DNA of 64,000 nt from Octopus vulgaris (lineage: Eukaryota), in NCBI GenBank assembly GCA_951406725.2, contig OX597819.1, forward strand, positions 117,862,001 through 117,926,000. The letters are read 5' to 3'. A model generated the notes under the pieces. The model did no database searches and was not told the DNA's origin. It saw nothing but the letters and a program-made list of their open reading frames with translations. Shown one piece after another: positions 51,631 through 64,000 of the stretch. The first letter of the stretch is position 1. Every line of letters begins with the position of its first letter. Position numbers and translations under genes: made by a program.

Positions 51631-54600
51631 ATAGTGGGCCCGAGGAACCATTGTATGTTAAATCGTAATGTCTTAATAAAGAGATGAAAGATGAGGTATC
51701 CTGGATCAGAATATTACTTATGGGATTCAATTGCCTATCACTCCTTACGAACGTTTTTATTCATAGGTGTGATTAATGAGAATGGGCGTATGGTTAGTCA
51801 AAATCAAACACAACAACAACGTAGAGTTCGTTAAATTTACGAAACCATAACCCAATACAAGTATTTGAAGAGATGAAAGAAATCCTCCATCCACTTATGT
51901 CAATTAATTTATTTAATGAGCAACGATGAAAACATTCTTGGTGTAAAATAATTTTTCGCTAAAACTAAAGTATATAATATTGAAAATTTTAATGTTTTGT
52001 GCATTTGAAGGAATGATCGATATATGTAGACAGCAAAGTTTTCATACTTTGTTGAATGAATCTCAGATACCGACAGACATGAGCCCTTTGTGCATTTTTC
52101 AATAAGTTATAAATATTACGAATGCAAAACCAATTACTTCCTTTTTAAAGACATTGGATTGGAGAGGGAGAACGGAAGGAGAGACAGGCAAAGACACTGA
52201 ACAATAGAGCAAGAGAGAGAGGGAGAGAGAGAAAGTGATCGAGAGAGATGGACAGAGTGACATATTTTAGTCATGGATTTTCTCGCTGCTCGTTGTTGCA
52301 ATTGATTCTGTTAAGGTACGGGTTGTGCTGTAATGAGTCTGTGGCTGCAATAAAAGGCAGAAAAAAGATGAAAAAGAGACCTGTGCAGAGGGTGCAAATT
52401 CGGGGAAAGACTTGGAGCCTTTCCTTGAAATTATTATTGCGTTGCATGAATTGTTCACAAAATAGGTTATAAAAAGGATTCACATCAAAATAGAGAATGT
52501 TTTAGTAGATGTAGGTGAGGACAAATATCAATAAGGAGATGAAGGCCACTGTTTCACTGTTTTATTGATAGGAAATAGAAATATATGAGCCTAGTTTAAT
52601 GTTCTACGGATAAGGAAGATTTAGCGTTTAACTTCTTTTGCAAATATTAGATCGACAAAAATATGATATGATTGTTTTATAACAACTGATGTCTTAGGAG
52701 GTGATATCATAACTTTGGGCCGTGTGAATATTTCTCTGATGACGAAAAGTATGTATATGTACAACAACAGGAAATTTATAAGTGTTTGAAAAGTACTGCT
52801 TTCTAGATGTTTACTATTTGTTCAGATTTGTTAATATCTTCTGGTACGGATTTTATTATAACAAAAGGCAATAGCCTGGAGACATTCTCACTGGCGGTGA
52901 AGCCATGAATTTAAAAAGATCCTATTGAATGTATTTACATGTTCTTCATGAAGGGTTACTGAGTAATAAGGAATTTTTGAAGTATGCAGTGATCTCCTAG
53001 CTTTCTTTTGAATATGACGCTATTGTTATATTTCTAATGGATAATATTATCAAGGTATTCTCTTATCCCCCTATTGGAGAATGGCTGTTTGAATGTGATG
53101 ATGCTTAGATGCGAATGGGAAGAAAGGAATAAATGATGGTACCAACTGCAAAATACTGAACCTCCTTGAAAGTGAAAAGTACGTTGCTAAAGAAGAAGGG
53201 CAGATTTTAGGAGCATACCTTACCCGAGGAATGCTAGAACCGAAGGAATGTTAGGCATGGGGAGATCCTATCCAGATACTATCAGTAAAGGATGTTTTGA
53301 ATTTATCAAAAAGGTAATGATTCAAATTATGACACGATCCCTGTGATCTTGTAGGTGGGTAGTTTTGTCCACCGTCCAAGGCTTACCTAGAATGAAATCA
53401 ATGGAAGCTGCTTTTTATCCAAAGTACTCAAAGGTGAAATTTTTATGGTTGCTAGCGTAATAGTGTGGGTTCTCACGGAAACTATTTATGAAATGCCTTT
53501 TGGTGTTTAGTGTGTGGTAGTGTGCAGTAATAGTTCTGAGCTTTGGTTACAATCCCGAGTATTAGAGTACAGGAGGGATTAAATTAATTTAAGTTGTAAG
53601 ATGTAATTAATGTAGAAAATCATGGTTCATTATGAGTTCAAGATAACCCACTATCTGGTGATTAATTCCAAAGCTTGAAGTAATGCGAATTGGGTTAAAT
53701 AAATTTATATGTAAGCAGGTTGGAGGTTAGTCTACGATGCACCTCGAAAATACAAAATTACCTTTAACAGAATAGATAACATTTGCTTTTAGATTATTGT
53801 ATGCATTTGTACAGTTTGTCAGCGGCTGTTGAATGGAGGTTTGCAGGCATGCAAATATTAGTACTTTTAAGGGAATCGCTTTAAATTGTGACATATATAA
53901 AATTGCTGTATCTCATTTTCTAGTGAGGTTTTTTTTTCTGTTTTTACATATGAAGGCTGCTATTGCAACAAATATTTTGTCTTATAAGCATTTCAATGTG
54001 GAACTGTTTACAATATCAAATTCCTTACCTGCAACAAAACTGTATTTGTTGAATGAGGTATGCTTTAAGAAGCATTAGTTCAAGTATAGAAATCAATTAA
54101 AATAAGACAGTATCCATAGCGAGATAAAAATGATCAATGATTCTAAGAGAGACAATGTATGATGTTAGATGTTAATTTTATATAGGTGGCACTCAAAACA
54201 CACAAGTATATCGATTTTGAAAATATACTAAATAAAATACAGACATCAATATAATCTAAAACTGGAACAACGAAAAATATCTTCACTAGAATCTGTTTAA
54301 AATAACAAGTATGACGCCCGATTAGAATCGGCAATCTTTGTACATATTTACATGATGTATGTCACTTTAAGGCATTCGTAATATATATTGTCATTTTAAA
54401 AGTTATGCTCATGTATATGTGGCGAGATTTATGATTTATGTAACGACAATTGTCTATATAATAGATATAATAGATATATTAGATATAATAGATATAAATC
54501 TACACAAATAACATTTCAGCGGTTCTGCTAGGTGTCACTAAACTTCCCTATTAAATCTTATAGATAAAGATTTCGTATCGACTGCGGAACTTCTCGACTA

Positions 54601-55431
54601 GCTAAATAAGGGTAACGATAGTCTTTTTCATTACATAGTTTTGTTTTTTAGTATTTTTGGCAAACCGCCATATATCTTTTCCGTTTTTGTTTTCTTTCAT
54701 TTAGTTATAAACGAAAGATTTAGCCACACAACAGTCCGATGGGATTGTTGATGCTCGCCAAAGATATTACTTGGTCATCGACAATCAATATCAGCCAAAA
54801 TCATGGATCAATGAAGCACTATGAAGAAAATCTAATATGGCATGGTTGCCAAATATCAAGCATATTTTTCGGTAAGAATAGATGTTTGTTGTTAGATTCC
54901 AGAGAAAAAGTTTGTTATATGCGTTTAAAAAATGCTAGGATGAAGAAAAGGAATAAAATCGTATCTTTGACACAATTACGTCGAATATCAATATCAAACC
55001 AAAAAAAAAGAGAGGTTCCAATGAACTATAATGTTTAGCTATATGGAAAACGTATGAACGAACAATTACGGTATCTTTATATGTATTCGTCAATAAAGAG
55101 AAAACAGTTTTCCAGCTATACTGCTCCACAGCATGGGAAAAAAAGGTAAAGTAAATAACTACAGAATAAGCTAGCTCGTATTTAGACTGTATATAATTAC
55201 AGTTGGTGCAATTTTCGCACTCCAGTTTTTAAAAAGAAAATCATATCATGATGTCATGTACCCCTTGCATTTAAATTCTATTGATTTAAAGTTGCATTCG
55301 TCACGATTTGAAAGTAGGCTTTTGTACACATACATCGTGCCATAATATATTAAATGTTCTGTTTGATGTTCGAAGGATGCGAAGAGTAGAATTTCCAGTA
55401 TTGGTGTGTTACTTTGTTTTGTAATACATGG

Positions 55432-55772
55432 AAGGAAGCACTCCGTCGGTTACGACGAAGAGGGTTCCGGTTGATCCGAATCAACGGAACCACTTGCTCG
55501 TGAAATTAACGTGTAAGTGGCTGAGCACTCCACAGACACGTGTACCCTTAACGTAGTTCTCGGGGATATTCAGCGTGACACAGAGAGTGACAAGGCCAGC
55601 CCCTTGAAATACAGGTACAACAGAAACAGGAAGTAAGAGTGAGAGAAAGTTGAGGTGAAAGAGTACAGCAGGGATCACCAGCATCCCCTGCCGGAGCATC
55701 GTGGAGCGTTTAGGTGTTTTCGCTCAATAAACACTCACAACGCCCGGTCTGGGAATCGAAACCGCGATCCTA
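55432..55772 (-). mobile_element. SINE family B, 5'-truncated
   Basis: gcactccgtcggttacgacga...ctccacagacacgtgtacccttaacgtagttctc...ggaatcgaaacc. Confidence 0.88.
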
Positions 55773-57019
55773 TGTAATACATATTTGATATTACTGTGGA
55801 GTCGCATAATTTTACAGAAATACCTTGGAACGTCATCAGTAAATCATTGTGACTTGTTTCTGTCGTAAAACTAATATAGAGTGGTGAAGACTATTTATAG
55901 TTTTTCAATGATTTTAGATCTTGATATGATTTCTCCCCCAAAATAAAGCTGTAATCGACAAAGCGTTTCCTCTTTTCAACGAAATATTTCTTGAAATATT
56001 GGGTAATGTCTTTGCTTACGTTTCGATGCCTTTTTAATTAAAACAAAAAAAACATCAAGTTGGCATAGGAATTTGCAAATTTTATCGCTGTAGCTGTGCC
56101 CTTCATTTGAGGATATATTTTACCAAGAACGTTATAAGTATTCTCTTCCAGTACCAAACATGTAGCCTTGCTAATGAAAACTGACTTTAAACGTTCGATT
56201 ATATTTTGTGTATTGTTTTCTACCCAGCGTTTTATAACCTCCTGGCCTAAAGTGTACGTATATTAGATAAAAGTTTACTAACAAGGAAACGTCTAAGGAT
56301 AGGTGCTTCTGAGTTTGGTAATGCGATGTATTTTATATAATCATACCATCTTATATACACCTGGATAATAATACCGTATCGCATATAACTGAGTATTATG
56401 GACATAAGGGTTCAAGTGATATATCGAACAGATGACTTAGTTATATTATTGGAGATTATAGACCAGCCGCCCTTGCTCTCAAATTGCGATTAGTGTGTCT
56501 TAATATTTATATACACCAGATCTACACCTTACTTATAATTCTTTGTATTTCCGAGCTTTAATGGATTTTGGGTAATCCATAGAAATTGCTCATAATAGTC
56601 TCTTTCTTAACGCGTAAAGGAGGATGTGTATTAATTAATTAATATTCCAATTTAATTGTTTTTCCCCGGATTTTTTGTTTTTATCTTATAGCACTTTTGT
56701 GTTTTAAATGTACCAGTTGTTTGTCCTTAATAAAATCCTTGACCATAACCATTATCATAACATTCCTCCCGGTTTCATTTAGGTTGACTGAGTTGTCGTT
56801 AGTGAAGCATCATTACCTTCTTACAAAGGTTTTGCTTCCATTCTTCGGCCCTGAGAGAGTGGTTGGAAATTGTATCTACGAGTATATGTGTTTCGTTACA
56901 AATATCCAAATATACTGTCAGACGTACAATGCCTAGGAGAAATTTATGGCAATTGATTAAAAAAATAATTGACATTTTCCTCTTGATGTCAATATAAAAC
57001 CATACTAGTAAAACCACCC

Positions 57020-57050
<31 letters not shown>

Positions 57051-57190
57051 TATTACGCGTGATATATGAGGTAAACAGAATAAAAGCGATAAATAAATAG
57101 CGTTTATCCAAATCCTCAGTACATCATTTTACTTAATATATACCATCCGTAAACGACTTCAAACAATATACACATATTTATATATATATA

Positions 57191-57308
57191 TCACCGTGAT
57201 CACCGTGACCGACCAGGCTATCAGATGTTGCTACACATCGCTGGTCACAATGCGCTTCGCATTGTTTTAGCCTTCAAATGACGCCACCCCGCTGGCCAAG
57301 CGAGCAGG

Positions 57309-57312
<4 letters not shown>
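57191..57312. repeat. GC-rich structured 120 bp insert inside (TA)n
   Basis: Stems acaatgcg/cgcattgt, gaccag/ctggtc and gatgt/acatc; TA tracts on both sides. Confidence 0.55.
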
Positions 57313-57353
<41 letters not shown>

Positions 57354-57397
57354 TATATATGTATGAATGTATGTATTTGCGTGTATCTGTCTGTCCA

Positions 57398-57462
<65 letters not shown>

Positions 57463-57599
57463 ACCTAACTGCCTACCTCCACACACACATGCATTATACT
57501 CGCAGGATGTGCCTTAGGAATCCAAATAAAAGGCAATGCATCTTTTTGTGTTAGTGTTAATAAAATGCTAACAACGCGCAACCGGCTGATTGAGTAACT

Positions 57600-58000
57600 T
57601 CTGAAATTATTGCGGAAGGATAACATGAAACCATGCCGCCTCTATGGTGAAAATTCTTGCTCACACACCTTGAATGATACTTCTGTTGAAGGTCGCAAAA
57701 AGCCTACACAAAAAGATTGCCTCAGTACAAGAGATGTGCTACAGGGCGATGCTAAAGGGCTGATTCACGAAATGCTTGCAAAATACATGCGAATAAAAAT
57801 ATATGGAGGATTCTACGAGGTCTAGCACCCGAATTTGGCATTTATTGCTACGCCAATTACCGGAGTGGACGGCAATGCGTGGTAGCAAAGGACCTGCCGT
57901 CGCTTTTGTCTGCAAGAACCCAATAGTCTACGGTCCAAAACTTTTCAATCTATTACGAAAAAGCTTCAAAATTTTACATTATGATGCCGATAAATTCTTA
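57600..58000 (+). mobile_element. CR1/L2-group LINE 3' fragment, decayed
   Basis: AYTKKIASVQ, IWRILRGLAPEFGI, SGRQCVV and YGPKLFNLL motifs across frameshifts. Confidence 0.7.
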
Positions 58001-58009
58001 CGCTTTTAT

Positions 58010-58230
58010 CCTTTACTCTTTTATTCATTACAGTCATTTCACTGTGGCCATGGTGGAGCACCGCCTTTAGTCGAGCAAATCAACCCCATGACTTATTCTT
58101 TGTACACTGAGTACTTAGTCTATCGGTTTCTTTTGCCGAACCGCTAAGTTATGGTGACATAAATACCCGAGCATCGGTTGTCAAGCAATGTTGGGGGGAC
58201 AAACACAGACACACAAACATATACACATTA

Positions 58231-58267
<37 letters not shown>

Positions 58268-58432
58268 CATATATACTACGGGCTTCTTTCAGTTTCCGTC
58301 TATCAAATCCACTCAAAAGGCTTTGGTCGGTCCGATGCTATAGTAGAAGACACTGGCCGAAGGTGCATCTCAGTGGGACTGAACCCGAAACCATGTGATA
58401 CGTATGCAAGCTGCTTACCACACAGTCACTCC
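58010..58432 (-). mobile_element. SINE family A
   Basis: Homologous to 6-400. Confidence 0.9.
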
Positions 58433-58657
58433 ACCTCCTAAATTTTGTCTAATATACCAGATGAAATCACATCAGGCCAAAAAATGAATAACACACACTC
58501 ACACACACACACACACACAATGGAGTGCAGGTCTCTTCAACGCACAACAACTGATAGATTCCGCAGACAGAACATTGATACTGCTCACAGAATCGAGAAG
58601 TCTGAAAAAAATTCTTTAAAAATCCGCCAGCATGGAGTGGGCCTCTGGCTGCAACCG

Positions 58658-58713
<56 letters not shown>

Positions 58714-59429
58714 ATGTATGTATGTATGTGTGTGTGAGGAAATGATGCTACATTTCCGCTTCCGCTTCACCGGTTTTCCTAAAGGTAAATTTTACACTCG
58801 CTAAACTAGAAAACGCACTGGCTTTATCAACAAGATGAAATGAGCATTATTATCAACACAGGAAAACTTGAAAAGCAACATGAAAAACAAAATAAGTGAT
58901 AACCATAACGAAAGTAGTAAAAATGTAGAATGTTAAGTTTCATGCGAAAAAAAATTACTGGAAACTAATGAAATAAATGTAAGTTGTGTAGTTGCAAAAC
59001 AAAACAGAATTTTTTTTTTTAACGCAGATATAAAATGTAAATAAAGAATGAAATAAAATATAGTAAACTTTAATAAAATTAGAAGTAAAATATAGCGCAG
59101 AAAACTAATTAGGCGAATGTATTAATTAGACGAGTTTTCAATTTCAGAGATGATCAGTCTGACAAATATCTACACCCAAACACATATTCGCATAGTCTGA
59201 GATGTACACATATATTGACACAAACACACGCAAACATACATATACAAACGCATACAGATAGGCACAAATATAGACTCAAACACAAAACGAAAGACACTCA
59301 CACAGATAGAGAGACATGAGAGAAAAAAGAGCATATATATTATCGAAAAAGTCCAAATCATACACATCTTAATACAACACAGGTATTCATATACATAAGC
59401 ATACACAATTTTGGAAGCGTTTTTAATTG

Positions 59430-59474
<45 letters not shown>

Positions 59475-59760
59475 AGATAGATAGATATATAGATAGATAC
59501 AAATATATATATATATATATATACATACATATGTATATAATTATACACGTAAATGTATTTATATTTATATACATATATACATATATATATGTACATAAGT
59601 ATATATATCTATATGTATATATGTATGTATGTATATATACATATGATGATGACCCTCCGCCACCTACTCCTCCACTCCTTCCACCTCTTCTTTCCTTCTC
59701 CCTCTCTAAATCTTACCCCCTCCCCTTCCTTGTCATCCTCATCATCACTTCGAACTCATC

Positions 59761-59797
<37 letters not shown>

Positions 59798-60239
59798 TAC
59801 ATGCATACATAAATATATATACATGTATATATACATATATATATATATATACATATAAGTGTGTATGTGTATTGATACATATGCACATGTGTACACGTGT
59901 AGGCATATATACATGCACATGCAACCATGTTTATAAATATATATATCACCATGATGTACTTATGTATATGAAGAGGGGATGGAGATGAAGATCGAGTGAA
60001 ATTATACGTGTAAAAGTGCGATAGATACTGCCTTTGATACGTGTTTATGTCCAGAAACGTGTATTTCTTTTAAAGAAATGTGTGTGCGTGTGTGTGTATG
60101 TGTGTGTGTGTGTGTGTGTCTGTGTGTATGAAATTGCTTGTGTCTGTGTTTGTGAGAGACAGGATAAGTAATGAAATCAAGAATAGCAATAATTATTATT
60201 AGTATGATCATTATGTGTACTGGCACCTAAAGCGCTATC

Positions 60240-60520
60240 ACCACTATCGCTTTAAATACCAACATCATCACCGCCGTTGCCTACATCACACATATCATCA
60301 ACAGATTCATCGAATCCAACATCATCATCATCACCGTTATCACCGTCATCACGGTCATCCCCTCCGTCATAATTATCACCATCATCAACATCACCCAGAT
60401 TAACATCATCATCATCAACATCATCTAGATCACCAACACCGCCACCACCATCACCATCACCATCACCATCATCTTCATCATCATCATCATCATCAACATT
60501 TAGATCACCAACACCACCAC

Positions 60521-60558
<38 letters not shown>

Positions 60559-60765
60559 TCATAATAATTATCTAGATCACGACCACCAACACCACCTCCT
60601 TTTCCTCCTCTTCCTCCTCCACCACCACCACCACCTCCTCCTCCACCACCTCCTCCTCCTCCACCACCACCACCTCCTTCTCCTCCTCCTACTCCACCGC
60701 CACCACCACCACCACTGTCATCATCATCATCATCATCATCATCCAGATCACCAACACCCCACCAC

Positions 60766-60804
<39 letters not shown>

Positions 60805-60805
60805 T

Positions 60806-60838
<33 letters not shown>

Positions 60839-60901
60839 TAGATCACCACCACCACCACCACCACCATCATCATTATCATCATCATCATTATCATCATCAT
60901 T

Positions 60902-60948
<47 letters not shown>

Positions 60949-60970
60949 AATCTTCACCATTATCAACATC
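60240..60970. repeat. Compound (ATC)n/(ACC)n/(CCT)n microsatellite with a higher-order unit
   Basis: Anchor (t/c)agatcac recurs at about 60426, 60501, 60573, 60744 and 60839. Confidence 0.9.
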
Positions 60971-61889
60971 AGTTGGAGCCGCAGCAATAACAGTGCTTCG
61001 TTCTTGTCGTCATCATCAATTCCTTTTTCCTCGTGATGAAGATGATCACACTCCTCCTCCACTTCTTCCACCTCCTCGTCCTGCCCCTCCTTCTGCAACT
61101 CTACTCCTTCCACCTCCTCGTCCTGCCCCCCCCCCCTTTCTCCCTCTCCACTTCTTACCCCTCCACTTCATCCACTTCGTCGTCATCCTCATCATCGCTT
61201 CGAACTCATTCCGTAACACGATCGCTTCCATTAAAAACCTCACTAATTATAATATCAAGAAGAAAAACAAAGCACATTTCTTCTAAAATGAGGTAACTAA
61301 TTCATTACTATATAATTATGCGTGGTTGAATGTGTTCGTGTGTGTAAGTATATATGTACATTAATGTTGTTGTTTTGCACGAAGCATTGCGGAATACAGA
61401 GCGCTATTAAAAGATAGTGCTTGCAGTCCTGTGATTTTTAAAGAAAAATCCGAGGAAATTGACTAGAAATTTAAACATTTACCCTAAAAACATATAATAC
61501 TCATTTTCCAAATAGTGCACTGTATTGTTTAGAAAATACAGCTTGGTCAATATTAATTGCAGATTTCTTATTTTAATTACTTTAATTTCTCACAAAATTT
61601 TTCGGAGTCACCTACCCAAAAAATTTTCAGTTTCGTGAAGGTCCAATAGTATGCATGTTAAAGCCTTATTAAATGTATTCAAGATACCTGAATGGCATCA
61701 TTCGTCAGTGGGACCGTGCTGCTCTTCAACTGTATATGAAAAAGACGTATGAGACGTGATTTTAGCAGAAGGAAAATCGTTTAGAAGAAATGAAATTTTC
61801 GTAATGAATTACACATAGAGTTGTATTCTGTTATTCATTTGCAAATATATACATATATGCGCAAACACACACGCGCACACATATTATTT

Positions 61890-62090
61890 TATTACTTTTC
61901 TTGTTTCAGCCATTTGATCGCAGCCAAGCTGGAGTACTGCTTTGAAGGAGATTTTGGTAGAAGAAATAGACTCCAGGACTTATTCTTCATAAGACTGATA
62001 CCTATTCCATCGAACACCTTTAGCCGAACCGGGGACGTAAACAAATCAACATTTAGGGGTGACAAGCACTGACACAAAGTGACACACATA
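61890..62090 (-). mobile_element. SINE family A 3' fragment
   Basis: cttgtttcagccatttga...gacttattct...ggggacgtaaaca. Confidence 0.7.
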
Positions 62091-62139
62091 AATTCACATA
62101 TAAATACTCACAAACAAATATAAATACCTACCTGTATAC

Positions 62140-62812
62140 ATACACGTGGTCTGATCAGTAAGTATTCGGACTGTTGCTAGAGCCACGAAGCTAAGCACGC
62201 AGAGTAAAGCCACTGAGCACGGATTGAGCTGGAATCTGTTTTGCATGTGCTTTACGTTTTAACGTTCAAGCTCAATTCTTTTGTTTATAGCAGTGCCTGG
62301 AAGGAAGGTGTGTAGCGTGTGATCGTCGCAATGATAGTAACAGAGAAAGTTGTGCAGAGAATCTACATCAAATTTTGTCAAAATCGTGGCGATACCTGCT
62401 CAGAGGCCTACGCAAAATTAAAAAACATTTTCATCGTTCTCGACACAATCAACGAGATGTTGTGCAACTGAAACTCTACTGATATTTTGGTTAGCTGTGT
62501 GCAGTTTTGGCACAAACTCGGTAAATACGTGTCTCATAGCCAAATTTCCAATGATAATAGATTGAACCGAACTGTAACTAATTTGCGCATCGTCTGACAA
62601 CTCACGGATGGTGATTCAATAATTTCCCCTTACAGCTACACGCATATCTGCGATGTTTTCCTCAGATCTTCTGGTTGTAAGTCTCCCAGAACGTTCGTCA
62701 ATATCAATTTTTTTTCGGCCATCTTGGAACAGTCTGAGCCACTTTTACACTTGTGTGCCGTTCATAACTCTTCTTCATACACATTCTGCAACCTGGCGTA
62801 GGTCTCTGAGTA
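62140..62812. mobile_element. mariner 5' remnant with an internal inversion
   Basis: + strand TIR/leader and QRIYIKFCQNRGDTCSEAYAKL, then the continuation (DERSGR...ITIRELSDD...FVPKL) on the minus strand. Confidence 0.82.
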
Positions 62813-62970
62813 TATTGGAAGTGGGAAGCCAGAATTTCTTAATTTAAAATTCTAGAAATATGTCTGTTGTCATACGCGTTTGAGCAGAAAGTGGTACGGC
62901 AAAGAGAAAACATTCCAACCGAAAAGTTATAATTTATGGAGTTACAAGCTGACATGATATAATGTATATC

Positions 62971-63345
62971 CTTTTCTACTCTAGGTACAAGGCCCGAAAT
63001 TTTTCGGGAGGGGACCAGTCGATTAGATCAAACCCAGTACGTAACTGGTACTTAATATATCTACCCCGAAAGGATGAAAGGCAAAGTCGACCTCGGCGGA
63101 ATTTGAACACAGAACGTAGCGGCAGACGTAACTATTTCTTTACTACCTACAAGGGGATAAACACAGAATGGACAAACAAGGACAGACAAACGGATTAAAT
63201 CGATTATATCCACCCCAGTGCGTAACTGGTACTTATTTAATCGACTCCGAAAGGATGAAAAGCTATGTCGACTTCGGAGGAATTTGAACTCAGAACGTAA
63301 CGGCAGACGAAATACCGCTAAGCATTTCTCCCGGCGTTCTAAACA
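62971..63345 (-). mobile_element. SINE family C, two tandem copies
   Basis: Same dimeric layout as 1958-2390. Confidence 0.88.
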
Positions 63346-63602
63346 TGATACTATGTATATAATAATGCTATAAAGCCCTACAGGGATAGTTAAATTAGAT
63401 GCCTTGTAAAATCTCGTGTATACATCACAATTCTTAATAATTGCACCTATACAAAACCCCACTTCATAACAATTATATTTTTAAGCCAATTACACACAGA
63501 TCTGTAAACCCATCAGTCTAAACTTTCATAACAAGCACTTAGATACAGATGGTAAACCAGAGAGGACTAAGCGGAGCGGGAAGAGAGACATGGGATGGAG
63601 AG

Positions 63603-63642
63603 TTACTGAAGAAGTCTCGGCAAGTGTGACGAGATATTTAAG
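63603..63642 (+). ncRNA. Decayed hammerhead-like motif
   Basis: tta-CTGAAGA-a-gtc...gtgtgac-GAGA-tatt-taa; resembles the 37086 motif but GAAA>GAGA. Confidence 0.4.
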
Positions 63643-64000
63643 ACAAAGGACACAAAATAAGAACAATAATGAAGCTGAAGTGGTGAGCGAATATATAATG
63701 CCGTGTATTTATTTGGCAAAAAAAAAATAAGTAACCATCCCGAAATATAACAAAATCTGTTTCATCTCACGATTTCACATCATGAATTTTGCAAAACAAA
63801 TGCATAAACGTAACATTGAGATACAATTCTCATTGTAGTGATATTTAAGGCCCCCTTTCTGCTCCGCAGTGTTCAGAGAAAACAAGTACATTTTTTCCAC
63901 TTTACGTTGTGTATTTCGCTCCATCACGTTAGAAAATATTACGGTGGTTTCTCTTTCAGAAGTTTAGATGACATGTAATTGTTATGAAATCCGTTGTGGA

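Noticed and set aside
52736-52748. CTGATGA-c-GAAA (also CTGATGA at 51136 and 30093)
   Set aside because: No stem II or stem I; chance matches.
52480-53800. Possible ancient LINE body (also 21900-22560)
   Set aside because: Composition is suggestive but I could not read a diagnostic motif.
60390-60900. Regularly recurring agatcacc anchors as a CRISPR-like array
   Set aside because: Eukaryotic context, anchors too short, spacers are microsatellite and no cas genes.
60215-61296. His-, Met- and Pro-rich ORFs
   Set aside because: Products of trinucleotide repeats with no domain or splice evidence.

Overview
AT-rich, gene-free eukaryotic DNA (intron or intergenic) made almost entirely of repeats. 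It has dense (TA)n/(CA)n/(AAT)n/(ATC)n microsatellites, three families of tRNA-type SINEs, decayed mariner/maT/pogo transposons, a non-autonomous Helitron, hairpin MITEs and LINE 3' fragments. The repeat families look octopus/cephalopod-like to me (recognition, not a database result). I found no host exon that I can support; most ORF-track entries are microsatellite read-through. The main signal is Penelope-like retroelements (PLEs). A young, 5'-truncated PLE (RT + GIY-YIG) forms a ~4.4 kb head-to-head palindrome at 30490-34900 with ~2.0 kb arms joined through a microhomology. At least four other head-to-head PLE-end structures occur at 0.1-1 kb scale, mostly with 3' ends running into or near (TA)n. 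About a dozen type I hammerhead-ribozyme motifs, intact or decayed and including a U3:A8 core variant, mark these ends. Coordinates were read by eye and are approximate for old repeats.
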